From: Rebecca billardiae RCC1528
Lineage: Eukaryota; Protista; Haptophyta
DNA: 64,000 nucleotides
Direction of reading: 5' to 3'
NCBI GenBank assembly: GCA_965240325.2
Contig: OZ251235.1
Location: 1,984,001-2,048,000 of the forward strand
The notes under the pieces were generated by a model. It was not told the DNA's origin, searched no databases, and saw nothing but the letters and a program-made list of their open reading frames with translations. Both the position numbers and the translations under genes were made by a program. Positions 10,472-22,681 of the stretch are shown here, piece after piece (within the stretch, counting starts at the first letter, position 1; every line of letters begins with the position of its first letter).

Positions 10472-11543
10472 CGATCCGGATATATCGGCTCCGGGGCGGG
10501 ACTGCCTGGCGCGGCGCCATGTCTGAATGACTCGTCGTCATATATAGAATAAGCCGCCACTGATGAAGCAGCGCCGCGCGCATTAGCGATGCATGTATAG
10601 TAGCAGGTTTTTATATTATGATGTAGGCCATTACTCAATAGGCGCGCCACTGATGGCGGCTGAATTTTACGCCGAGTCAGACTCAACCGGGAGCCGACTT
10701 ACGGATCGATCGCGCGAGTGGCAGCATTACCGCTTATATACCTAGCGGCGGAAATCAAATCCGCCAAATAATGATCATCAGTCAGGATCGACTAGGACGA
10801 GGAGTCGCCCGCGAGTCAGGCGACTCACAAAGGTGCATGCACGCATATATAGTAATAATGTTTATGATTATCACCAGCTCAACTATGTGGCTCAATCGAC
10901 TTTCATCCGGCCAGCGTTAGTACTTATTGAGTTGTAGTTAAATTTGCGCTGTTGCGATCTCTGACGCCAGATGATCTGTCGAGTATATTGATATGTGAAG
11001 TGCGGTGATGCGTCTCAATCAACAGCAGTCCATTCTGCCCCAGTGTCTGCGTCAAAGTCTGAGCCGCCAGACTCCCGGCGAAGGAGGACTTCTGCTTAAC
11101 AGTCCGCACATCGTGGCGCCGAAGGAGTCACTCACGCCCACTATTACACGGGCGGGCCACACGCATCCAATAAAGCGCTTACACGCCGCGCGCTGAGATA
11201 ACAGTCATGCGCGCAATAATAGTATCATCGCGCATGAAACTTGCACTGGCAACGGTAGCTACCGATGGCGAAACCTCGATCTGCGGTGCCGAAGCTTCGA
11301 GCCTCCACCGCGAGGCGTAGAAGCTGGTGCGTCGCCGGGGATCGCGCTATAGGTATATGGACATGGTGCGCATGCTCAGTCACTCAAGGACACCCTCCTC
11401 CGTCCCTCTGCACCGCGGCCCTCGCCCCTCGCGCGGCTCGGCCTCGGGCGTGGTCCACCAGGTTGCGGCCTGCACAATACACGCGATCTGACGCGCGCCC
11501 GGCAAACGCCTGCGCATGCCCCTTCCATCGTCAGCTATCCGGA

Positions 11544-12028
11544 GGCTCCGGCTCCGGTCCCACCCCCCCAGCTCCGTTACGTCTTCGCCCCAAGCCGAAG
11601 TCAACCAAGCGGACCATGCAGCAGAGTCCCTTCACTCCCTTGACCCTTCCGACCCCCGATCATTGACGATGACTTCAACGAGAAATGTCGCATCCGACCA
11701 CCTCCCAATAGGTTCAGACTCTATTTTTACTATATAATTACCCGTCCCTTGCTCAGATTTCAGCACAGTCCGGGAGCGTTCCGGGCACCTGTATACATAT
11801 ATGCGAAAATGATACCCGGGTACTGGGTATTTAGTTATAGAAAATAGAGTCTGAACCTATTGGAGGTGTGGCTGATGATCCATCTGGCCGTAATATCGTC
11901 CAAGTGACCGCCTGGGGTGGGCTAGGAGCTATTGTAGATCATCAGAGGCGGAGATCCCGCCGATTGCAGTGTCAATATGTAACGCTCCACCATGACCGGA
12001 CTGGGGGGGGTGGACCGAAGCCGGAGCC
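11544..12028. repeat. Nested inverted repeats (decayed foldback or MITE)
   Basis: 11699-11734 is a near-perfect reverse complement of 11836-11868 (CACCTCC(C)AATAGGTTCAGACTCTATTTT). 11544-11576 is a reverse-complement match to 11997-12028. Confidence 0.75.
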
Positions 12029-13818
12029 GGGACGGAAATGCTTTGTGGATGGGTTGTGTGATTAGCGGACTACCGTGCATCAGGAGGTTGCGACGGACCT
12101 GTCTCATGTCTGTTCGAGGCGGTCCGTTTATAAGAGTCTGAATATACAGTATATATTATATTAATATTTGGTCTGCCGTGAATTAAATTCAGTTTATGTA
12201 AGAGTGCACTAGCCACTACTATAATACAGACAGGCTGGGGGCTGCTTCTGGCTGCATGCGGTGCAGCCACATCAGTCCACATTTGAGCTGCCCCATGCAC
12301 CACAACGGCCTCTGTGCGGATGTGACACGTCACGCTCGCGGTCTCATGACGACACGCTGCCGACTGGCTTGGCCACCGCTGCCGGCCGTCCGCAGAGGAC
12401 ATCTGAGACTGAGTCGAGCTACAGGCAGAGAAGGGGTTGCCACCGCATTGGCACACTCACAGGTCGCGACGAGGCCACTGGCATCGAGATACGGCACGCG
12501 CATGGGCTAGCATTCGCTCGCATGCGGTGTGCTAAAGTGAAGCCCCCCGGTATGCGGCAGTTCTTCATTCAGCAAACACGGGTGCACGCGCGGGCGCGAG
12601 CAAGGCGCGCTGACGGATGCTGAATGGTGAATGCTGTGAGTTTGCCTCATGGCGCGCGCAGATCGTACACGAGCCTCGCCCCGGGCGCGCGCCCGCCCCG
12701 CGCCGACCGCACCGTGCACCGCGCGCGCGCTCCCGGTTGGCGCGTGGCCACGGTTGGCTCTTGGTGCGGCGCGCGGGCGCGGGCTGGCCTGAGGCACGGC
12801 GAGGGCGCCGGCGAGCGCGGCGCGCGGCGAGGGAGGGTACTACGTGCTGTCTAGCATGCGACCAACCACGCGCGCCGTGTCCGCGGCCGCTGCCGCGGGC
12901 GCAGGAGCACGCGGCGTGCGCACCCCACGCGCCCCGGCGGCCCGCCAGGAGAATTAGCCGCTGCGCCGCGAGGGCGCACGAGCTGATCGGTAACCAACCT
13001 CCGCCCGCTCGCGGCACTGGAAGTACGCAGCCATTTCCGCCCTTGCCGGGCCTGTCACTCAGCCCCGTACGATCCAGCCCAGACCAGTCGCGCACGTCCC
13101 GCACGCGTCGTCTCGTGTGGCACGGCAGTCGAGTCAAGCGGCGTGCCGTCAGTCTGTGCGCCGCTGCCCGTGGCCAGGAGGCGGTGCGCACGCGGCCGCA
13201 CGCGGCGTCGATGGTGATGACAAGGCCGGGCCCCGCGACGGGCGTCGCGCTCGAGCAGTGCCAATCTAGCTGCGCGCGTTCGGAGACAGAGGCGCACAGC
13301 TCGGCAAGCCATGCGGCACAGGTCGATCGCGTACGCCGCAGCGGCGAAGGCAGGCGCGCAGTGGTGATGTGACGGCGAATTTGGGCGCTGCGTGTATCAG
13401 CGCCGGTGCCCAGCCAGTCGTAACGGGCCCGAGCGCGATCGTGCAGGGGCGAGTGCCGCCACGCGCGTCCACGGAGCAGAAGACCGCCATCCGCCGCCAA
13501 AAGCGCGAGATCGCTCAGATCGGCGATCGGTACCGAACCGCGCCAGTCCGGTGCAAACGCGGTTGATCTTGGATCGTCGGCTTTTATAAGAGGTACAAAA
13601 GCGGACGTGCGTCCCCCGGCTGAAATTCTATATGCTGATTTGAAGAGCGGTAGATGAATAATTACTCGCGCCCGACCAAGCTTGGGGCTTATTACAAAAT
13701 ACCACTTCGTAAGCCCCTTGGCCCGACATCATCACAAATTTGCGCGCCAAGTCCGCCGTATCATCAATCCCCGGTTGACCCTGAAACAATATGTGGCCGA
13801 TGAAATCGAACCGCCGAA

Positions 13819-16800
13819 ATGCCTGAAAATATATGGCCCAATGAATGGCCGCTACCCACAGATCGCTGCGTTTCGTACCCGCTCGTTTGGGACGACGACG
13901 GGGGGCCGCTCGGCGCTCGCTCGCCAACACCCTGTGTCCCCCGCGAGGTGAGGTCTGACGACTGGGCTGGGCGGCGTAGGCAGGCGATGCTGAAGCCTCC
14001 CCACGCTGACGCGGGTGGGGACGAGGCCCCGCCAAGCCCACTCGTCCGCAGCACGATCGATGCCGCCCAGTTCGCCCTCGACACGGGCGAGGACGACGGC
14101 GTCCCACTGAGCGACTTTCGCGAGCTCCGCGTGCTTGGCCGCGGTGCGAGCGGCGAGGCCTTCTTGCTGCAGCACGCGCGCCAGCCGGCGTTGCATGTCG
14201 TGGCGAAGCGGATCACGATCGGCGACATGAACGAGAGGGAGCGCTCGGCCGCGAGCACCGAGGTGCGCATCTTGGCATCGCTGAACCATCCGACGATCAT
14301 CAAGTATTACGGCAGCGTGATCAACCGCAAGGCCAAAGTGCTCGACATCGTGATGGAGTATGCCGACGGCGGCTCGCTCGCCGAGCGGATCCAGGCGCAG
14401 GCGGCGGCCGACACGCCCTTCGACGCGGACCTGCTCTTTTCGTGGCTCGCGCAGATGCTGTGGGGGCTCGAGCACCTGCACGAGCGCGCCATCATCCACC
14501 GCGACCTCAAGCCGGGCAACGTCTTCCTCACGCAGGGCGGGATGCTCGTGCGGCTCGGCGACTTTGGGATCTCGCGGCACATGTCCAACGCCGCGCAGCT
14601 CGCCGAGACCATGTGTGGCACGCCGTACTACCTCTCGCCCGAGATGGTGCGTGCGACCCTGCGACCCTGCGACCGCGCGCGTGTCCGTGACTGGGACTGG
14701 CTGGGTGTGCATGCGGCATGCGGCATGCGCGCGTGCCAGTGCCGGGTGCGCTGTGCGCGCGAGCACGGCCGCGCGCCGCCACGCGGGTCCCGCTGAGGCC
14801 CTCCCTCTCGCCCTCCCGCCCGCAGGTGATGGGCAAGAAGTACTCCACGCCCGCAGACATCTGGTCGCTCGGGTGCATCTTGTTTGAGCTGCTCTTCCTC
14901 AGGCGGCCGTTCGCGGGCAAGAACCTCGGGCACCTCGTGTACGAGATCGTGCGCACGGAGGTACAGCCGCCGACGCAGCTGCTGGGCGCGCACGCAGAGC
15001 TGTGCGAGCTGATGAGCACGATGCTCGTCAAGGACCCGGCGCGGCGCGCGACCGCGGCTGAGCTGCTCGCGATGCCCGCGCTCACGTGCCGCATCGACAC
15101 GATCTCGAGATCGCTGCTCTCGCTCGAGCAGCGCTCGCAGGAGCAGCACGACGCGCTGCTCCGGCTACGCGGCCGCGTGGACCAGCAGCTCTCGGCGTAC
15201 GACCGCGCGGGGCTCTCGCCCGAGCACTCGCTCGTCGTGTACCGTGCGGCGCGGCGCATCCAGGCGCAGTGGCGGCAATACAGCAGCGTACGGCGCGCGG
15301 AGGCGCAGCTGTTCGGCGAGGAGGAGGACGGCGCGCGCAAGCCGGCGCGGGACATGGGCCTCTCGGCGCCGGCGCTGCACCGGCTTCCGCCCATCTTGGA
15401 CGACGAGGACGAGGCCCCGCTCAGCGCCGCGCGCAAAGTCGCATCCAGCCCGGCCGCGCCGACGCGCCGGCAGCTGGCAGACATGGGGCCTGACACGCCG
15501 CGCTCCGCGGCGTCGTCGCCGCGCAAGGCGGCGTCTGGCCCGGCGCGGCTCGCGCGGCTCGCGCGCGCACCTACCGCGGAGCAGCAGCTCGCGCAGCTCG
15601 ACGCCGTCGAGCCGTTCGACGCGGGCGAGAGCGCGCGCGCGCCCGACGCGTGGGCCGAAGCGGAGGCGATGGATGAAGCTTTCCTGCTACTGCCCTCGCC
15701 GAGCCCGAGCTCCAAGTCGGACGGCGGGCGCGCGACGAGCGCGGACGGCGAGGGCGGTGAGCAGGCCGAGGCGCCGCGGCAGCCGTCCCCGACGCTTCCG
15801 CCGCACAGCCTCGAGGCGGGCGCTGCCGCGCGCGGCGCGGGGGTGCACACGAGGGTGGGAGCTGAGACACAGGCACTCTCACGGGCGGCGAGCGGCGGCG
15901 CCCCGGCGGCGGCGCGCGCGCAGCCGCCGCCGCTGCGGCAGGGCGGTAGCGCTGGCGGGGTGGCGGCGCTGCCCAGCGGCTCGGCCGCCCCGGCCCGCGC
16001 CGAGCCCGCGCGCGCCCCGCCCGGGCTCGGCCCGGCGCGCTCGTGGGGCGAGGACACGTGGCAGGCCGAGTCCTCTACCGGCGCGGGCGGCGGCAGCGGC
16101 GGCAGCGGCGGTGCGGGCGGCAGCGGCGGTGCGGGCGGCAGCGGCGCGGGCGCCCCTCGCTTCGCCAAGCCGAGGAAGCCGATGTTCACCCCGCCGCTCG
16201 GCACGCGCTGGCACCTGCCCAGGAGCGACGCGCCGCGGCCCTCCAAGTCCAGCACCACGCCGGACGCGCCCCGCCGGTTTGCGTTCGGTGCGCCGCTGCG
16301 CCGCGCGCGCCCGGAGCCTGCCAGGCCTCGCTACGCCTTCGACGGGCCGGATGTGCAGGCCGTGGTGACGCAGCTGGCGCGCGTGGACCTCGCCGCGACG
16401 CGCGCGGCGGAGCAGGCGGACCTGGGCTCGCTCAGCCGCGAGTCGCCCAGGCGGACGTCCGACGCCGACCAGTGGACCGTGGCTGAGGCCATGGGCGGCG
16501 TGGCGTTCGGCGGCGGTGGCGGCGCGCCGCAGCCTGCGGAGGCGCGGACCGCGGCGTTCGGCGGCGGCGGCGCGGCGGGCAAGCCGCGCCTCACGCGCTC
16601 GGCGACGACGGGCGTGCAGGGCAGCGCCCAGCAGCGCGCGTCGGGCGCCAAGCCGCGCGGCTCGCGCCAGCTCGGCCGTGCCCGTCGCTCGCAGCAGCCG
16701 TGGGCGGCCGCGGCCACAGGAGGAGGCCGCTGGTCGCACGGCGCGGAGCGCGGCGGCGCGCGGGCGTCGGAGCGTGACTCGCACGTGACGATTCTGACGG

Positions 16801-19204
16801 TCGAGTCGCGCGCGCAGAGCGACGGGCGGGCGGAGAGCGACGGGCGCGTGGTGCGCCTGCTGGGCGAGCGCGCCGAGTCGCGCGTCACCGCCGACGGCCT
16901 GCTGGGCGCGCCCGACCTCCACGGAATCTCGTACCAAATTGCATGCTCGTACCGGCCGGTGCGCGGCGCGAAGGGCTTCCGCTGGTCGGTCGAGCGCACG
17001 GCGCACGACTTTGCAAGGCTGCACGCCGAGCTCGGCGAGTACCGCGCGCAGCTCGCGGTGGCGGCGGCGTGGGCGGGCCACGGCGGCGGCGGCGCGGCGC
17101 GCGAGGAGCGCCCTCCAGGCGATGACGCCTCCTCCTCCGCGCGCGCCGCCGCGGGCGCCGCGCCCCGATCGATCCTGATGACTCCGCTCCAGCTGACCGG
17201 CGTCACGGCCACCGAGCTCGAGATGCAGTTGAGCGTCTTCCTGCGCGCGCTGCTCGGCCAGCGCGCGGCGTGGGACGCGCCGCCGCTGCGAACTTTCCTG
17301 GAAGTCTCCGCGCTCTCGTTCGGGCCCGACGGCTGGGACAAGGGGCGGGAGGGGCGGCTGCGGCTGCTTGAGACTCAGCCGCACCGCGCGCCGGGCGCGG
17401 CGCGCGGCGGCGGGCTCGGCGGGCTTGCGCGCGCGCTGCTCGCGTGCGCGCCGCTGCCGCCGCCGCCGCTGCGCCGCGACGGCAGCGGCACCGCCGCCGA
17501 CGGCGCTGAGCTCTCGACCCGCGTCACCCGCCCGCGCGCGGCGGACGGCGCGGGCGGAGGTTTGGGCGGCGCGAGCGGCGGCGCCGCGTGGTTCGTTCTC
17601 AAGTCGAATCTTCTCTGCCAGCTCGCGCACGCGGGCGCAGAGACGGCTGAGGACGTCTGGCTGCTCGACCGCTCCTTCGAGATGCGCGCCGCTCTCGAGG
17701 CGAGCGGGGGCGGCGGCGGCGGCGTTCGCGCGGGGTACGCGCCACGGGCCGGCGGCGAGGCTGGCGCCGCGGGCGCGGGCGGCGGCGGTGGTGACGGCGG
17801 CGGTGGCGCGGCCGCGCGGCGCGAGGGCAGCTGGCTCTTCAGCTCGCGCCGCGCGGCGCCGCACGCCGCGCGCGTGCTCACCCTGCACTCGATCGGCCGG
17901 AGCCTCTCCGTCCTCCCGCCGTCCGAGGCCGACCTGGCCGACTGGCTCCAAGCAGTCCGGCTCGCGCACTCGCGCTCAGAATGGACCAAGCCGCACGCGC
18001 ACGGCTCGTACGCGCCGACGCGCTCGCGCTGCGCGGCCGCGTGGCACGCTGGCCGGCGCGTCTGGCTGCGCGCGCTGACCCGGCTACTCGCCAGCGCGCG
18101 GCTCGAGATTTGCATCTCGGCGCGCACCGTCGCGCTGGGGCTGCGCCTCGCGGCCGAGGCCGCGCCGGCAGAGTTGCTTGAGTCGCGCGACGGCGCGGAG
18201 GAGCTCACGCTGGGCGCGCTGCTGCGCGCCAAGGCGGAGGCGGGCGTGGCGGTGCGCGTGCTGCTGTGCCCCACGACCTCCGACCTCGAGCCAGCGCCCA
18301 AGCCGAGCGGCGGCGCCGCAGCGCGCGGCTCGCGCGGCAGCGCTGGCAGCACGCCGACGCTCGGCTCGCGCCGTGGCTCCGCGGCTGCGCTCCCGGCGGG
18401 CGGCGGGCGGCGCGGCCGGTGGCCCGGCGCGGGCGGCGCGGAGGGCGCCGAGCACGCCGCGGGCGCGCCGCTCCTGCAGCAGCTGCAGCAGCAGCGCCGC
18501 TCGTCGAGCGGCCAGCTGCTCGGCGCGCTCGGCTCGAGCGCGCGCGCGAGCGCGCTCGCGCTGCAGCAGCTGCACCCGAACGTCACCGTCCTGCTCGCGC
18601 CGCCGGCGGCGAGCGGCGGCGGCGGCGGGGGCGAGGGCGTGCCGCCCGCGCGCCGCGGCGCCGCCGGCCTCGCCAACTCGTCGCTCGAGGCGCCGCTGCG
18701 GAGTGCGGGCGCGGTGCATGGTGCGCGGCTCGTGGTGGTGGACCAGCAGATGGCTCTCATCTCCTCCGCCGAGATCGCAATCTCGGCGGCCGAGGTCGCA
18801 ATCTCGGGATCGACGGGCGAGATGGATGAGCCGAGTGTAGGGGAGGGCACGCCACAGGCTGCCGAGCGCGCGGCGGGCGGGCGGGCGGGCCGCGAGGCCG
18901 CTCGGCCCACCCCGCCCTCGCCACCGCCGCCCGCGCCGCCAGCCTCGCCGCCTGCGCCGCCGCCGCCGACGTCGTCGCACCCTCAGGCGCCGGGCGCGGA
19001 CGACGGGGCGCCGGCGGCAGCGGACGCGCCAGCGTCGGCGGGGGCCGCGCCCGAGATCGGCCGCCGGCTGCTGCGCCCTGCGCTCCGCACGGCAGGCGAG
19101 GTGTCCTCGGCGCCGATGGCTGCGATCAAGCGGCCGCGTGGCGTGTCCTTTGTTCCAGACGACGAGCCGCAGCCGCAGCCGCCGCAGCCGCAGCAGCCGC
19201 AGCA

Positions 19205-19235
<31 letters not shown>

Positions 19236-21413
19236 CAGCCGCCGCCGCCGCCGCAGCAGCAGGAGCAGCCGCCGCAGCAACCGCAACCGCAGCCGCAGCC
19301 GCAGCCGCAGCCGCAGCAGCCAACGGGTGTGCGCGCGGGCGCCAAAGCCGGTACGGCTGGCGCGGCGGGCGGCGGCGCGGACGGCGCCGGCACCATGACG
19401 GTCATGGATCTCGAGCTCTCGGCCTCTGACCTCGGCCGGACCGGCGGCTTCGCCTTCGGCGCCGAGCAGGCGGCGAGGCGGCGGGAGGGCCCTGAGGAGA
19501 GCGCGACTGCCGGTGGCGCCGGAGCGGCGGGAGGCAGCGCGCCCGCGAGCGCCGACCTGCGTGCGCAGCAGCGCGCGGCGAGCGCGGCCGGCGCGCCCGC
19601 GCCAGTGCCGCAGCCGCCGCCGCCGCCGCCGCCGCAGCAGGGGCGTACGCCGCAGCCGGCCGCGCACGGCGGCGCGCGCGGCGCGGACGCGCGCGCGGCG
19701 CCGGCCGCGCCGCCGGCCGCCTACTTCTCGCTGAGCCACGACCTCGCGATCGAGCTCTTCGCCGCGCCCGCGCGCGACCTGGCCCGCCATTTCGCGGAGG
19801 AGTGGAACCACTGCCGGCGCACCGAGCCCAGGCTGATTACCCACGTGGGTAATCAGCACGCGGGCGCGAGCGCCGAGCGTCGGCCGAGCGCGCAGCGCGC
19901 GGCGGTGGCGGCGGCGGCGGTCGCGGCGGCAACGGCCGCGGGCGGCAGCGGGCGGCGGGGCCCGCGCCGGCCGAGCGCGTCGCGGCTGTATGCGCCCGTG
20001 CCGCCCATCCTGCCCGCGCCGGATTACCCACGTGGGTACACGCCGTACCAGCTGCAGGGCGAGCTCTCGTGCCAGGCCGTCCGCTCGGCGGCGGCGTGGT
20101 CCGTCGGCTGCTCGCACGAGGCCTCGCTGCACGACGCGCTCGTCTCGCTGATCGCCGCGGCGCAGCGGTTCGTGTACGTCGAGAGCTCGCTGGTGGAGGC
20201 GGATGAGGCTGAGCCGGCGGACGCGCCGGCACCGCCCGAGCGCGCGGCCGCGCTGCAGGGCTCCGCGCGCGCCGTCGCGCGGATGGCCTCGGTGCACGCC
20301 GCCGCCGGCGGCGGCGGCGGCGGCGGCGCGTTCGGCGGCACGACCAGGCACCGCGTCACGCAGGCGCTGGTCGATCGGATCTGCCTCGCGCACGCGCTCG
20401 GCGCGCCGTTCCGCGCGATCCTGCTGCTGCCGCTGCCCTCTGATGCCTCGTCGGCGCACTCGGCCGATGGCTCGCTCGCGTGCCTTCAGGACGCGTACAC
20501 GCAGCTGCGCGCGCGCGGGGTCACGACGCCCTCCGAGTATCTCTCCCTCTCCTCTCTGCAGGCGTGCGCGCCGGAGGAGGGCGGGCCGTGCGCGGCGCCG
20601 GTGCGCGTGCTCTCGCGCGTCGCCATCGCCGACGACCGAGTCGTCGTCGCGGGCACTGCCGACATTACTGACAGGTGCGCGCCGCACGCGAGCACGCGCG
20701 CAGCCCGCGCCCGCCTCGCGGCCGCGCCGCGCAAGCCGCGCTCACCGCAGCCCGCGCCCAGCTCGGCGCCCACGACCCGCACCGCGCGCGCGCGCTGCAG
20801 CGACCTGGCGGGCGACTACAACTCGGAGGTTGGCGTGCGCATCGAGGGCGCATCCTTTGCGCGCTCGCTGCGCTGCTACCTCTGGTGCGCCCACCTGGGT
20901 ATTCGGCTAGGCACCCACCTGGGTATTCGGCTGGGCACGGCTGTCGGCGAGTGCAGCGGCGGCGGCGAGGCGAGCACGGTCGGCGCCGTGCGCCCGAGCG
21001 CGCTCGACCTCGGCACAGCCTTCATGCCGAGCTCGCTCGACTTTGAGCCCGAGCTTGGTAGCCTGCCGCAGCCGCGCGGCGTGAGCGAGGCCGAGTGGAG
21101 CGCGCTGCTGCATGCGCCGCACTCCGAGCCCGCGATCAAGCTGTGGAGCACCGTCGCCGCGCACAACTCGGCCGCGTTCGCGCGCGCGTTCGGGCCGGCG
21201 TGCGCGAGCGGCCGCCGCCATCGGCCCGCCACCACCGCGGAGCAGGTCGAAGCGGTGTTCGGCGAGGCCGCCCGCACCGGCTGCCAGGCGCTCGTCGAGT
21301 TCCCACTCGCGCGCGTGCCGGCGGCCGCGCCGCCGGCACCCGACTCCGCGGCCGCGCGGCAGGCGAGGAGGAGCGCGGCGCGGCTCGCGGTCGCTGCAGT
21401 GATGAGCCGGTGA
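13819..21413 (+). CDS. NEK/NIMA-type kinase fused to IQ motif, PX, PH and a degenerate phospholipase D. Inferred introns 14647-14825 and 20675-20800
   Basis: Kinase motifs GRGASG, VAK, HRDLKPGN, DFG, GTPYYLSPE|...DIWSLGC. IQ motif AARRIQAQWR. PX end FLEVSALSF. PH WFVLKS...WLQAV. PLD landmarks HGSYAP, AQRFVYVES, FRAILLLP, FARSLRCYLWCAHLG, LVEFPL. Confidence 0.8.
19165..19322 (+). repeat. Coding poly-Gln/Pro (CAG/CCG) tract inside the PLD insert
   Basis: Encodes PQPQPPQPQQPQQ...QPQQP. Confidence 0.85.
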
Positions 21414-21923
21414 CACCGTGACCGACGCACCGGCCTCAGTCACCGACCCGACCGCGCTGGCTCCGTGACCGTCGTCCGCCGCTCATCACGCTTCATTCCT
21501 GGCAAAGGCGCTCCGGCTCCCGCTCAAGCCGACGCTCACGCTGCCGCACTCGCAGCAGGCGACATTGCCATCGCATGTATCGTCAGCGGCAGCATCATCA
21601 TCGTCATCATATATATTGCTGCGCTATGAATATATCGTGGCGCATCATCATTTGTACTACTATATATGCGCTTAATTTGATGTAGCAGTGCATTATTATC
21701 ATTTGTCGGAGGAGCAGCCGGCAGCGGCGGAGGAGGAGCCGGCAGCAGGTCGGAGGAGGAGCCGGCAGCGGCGCGGCGCGATGCCGGTGACTCGAGTCCG
21801 CGAACGGAGCGCGGCACTCGCGGCGGTGCGGCTGGGGCCGTGGACAGAGTGGGTGCGCTGAGCGCGGCGCACAGCGAGCGTGGGACTGAGCATGCGGATT
21901 CGGCGTGCGGGGCGGGCGCGCCG

Positions 21924-22484
21924 TCAGGTGATGGTGAGCACCAGACGGCGCTGCGCGTTGGTCGCTGCGGTGAAGAGGTGGTGCGTCTCCACTCCCTGGA
22001 TGTTCGGGTGCACCTTGCCCACGGCGTCGAGGCCGACGCGGAGGCAGCGCAGGTTGGCCTCGTCCTTCTTCAGCCCACAGGCCACGGCGAGACCTGTGCG
22101 CGCGACGCCGTCCTCGTCGCCGAAGACGAACGGCATCGCCATCGCGGACGACGGCGCAAAGAAGGCGCCGCACGAAAACGGCTCGGGCGCGTGCGGATCG
22201 GAGCCGGCGTCGACGACGGCGTACGCCTTCTTCTCGCAGCGCGCGAAGAGCTTGAGCGGCGAGCCCGGCATGCGCACGCGCATGATCTCGCGGCATTGCA
22301 TGCCGCTCGTCTCGAAGAGCATGATGGCCAGCTTGGCGCCCGCCGTCTCGCGCGCTACGTCGCTCGCAAACGCGGTGAAGGCGACGACGTCGATGAGGCG
22401 GCGGATCTCGTCAGGCGCACGAATCTCATCGGCCACGTCGACCGGTTGGCGCCGGTCAGCGCCCTCGACGTTGTGGAACGACAT
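21924..22484 (-). CDS. Hypothetical globular protein (186 aa)
   Basis: Balanced composition from MSFHNVEG to RRLVLTIT. No family recognised. Confidence 0.6.
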   Translation of the reverse strand: MSFHNVEGADRRQPVDVADEIRAPDEIRRLIDVVAFTAFASDVARETAGAKLAIMLFETSGMQCREIMRVRMPGSPLKLFARCEKKAYAVVDAGSDPHAPEPFSCGAFFAPSSAMAMPFVFGDEDGVARTGLAVACGLKKDEANLRCLRVGLDAVGKVHPNIQGVETHHLFTAATNAQRRLVLTIT

Positions 22485-22681
22485 ATGCTCTCGCGACGAA
22501 AAAGCGGACCGGTGGCCGGCGGCAGCCCGCTCGAAGGGCCCTCTCAAGCGCGCCGCCCGCCGAGCGAGCGAGGACCGACCTCGGTCGCTCCCGGAAGGGA
22601 GGTCGTCGCTCCCGCGTGTGCGGTCAGTGTTCACCGCGTCTAAACATTTCCGAACGGTCGAGCCGTCGAGACGACAAATTA

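Noticed and set aside
12565-13500. 311-aa minus-strand ORF head-to-head with the NEK gene
   Set aside because: No motif and no consistent coding frame; a spliced gene or ncRNA here cannot be excluded.
18983-19405. Cys/Gly-rich metallothionein-like ORF
   Set aside because: It is the antisense reading of the CAG/CCG Gln-Pro tract.
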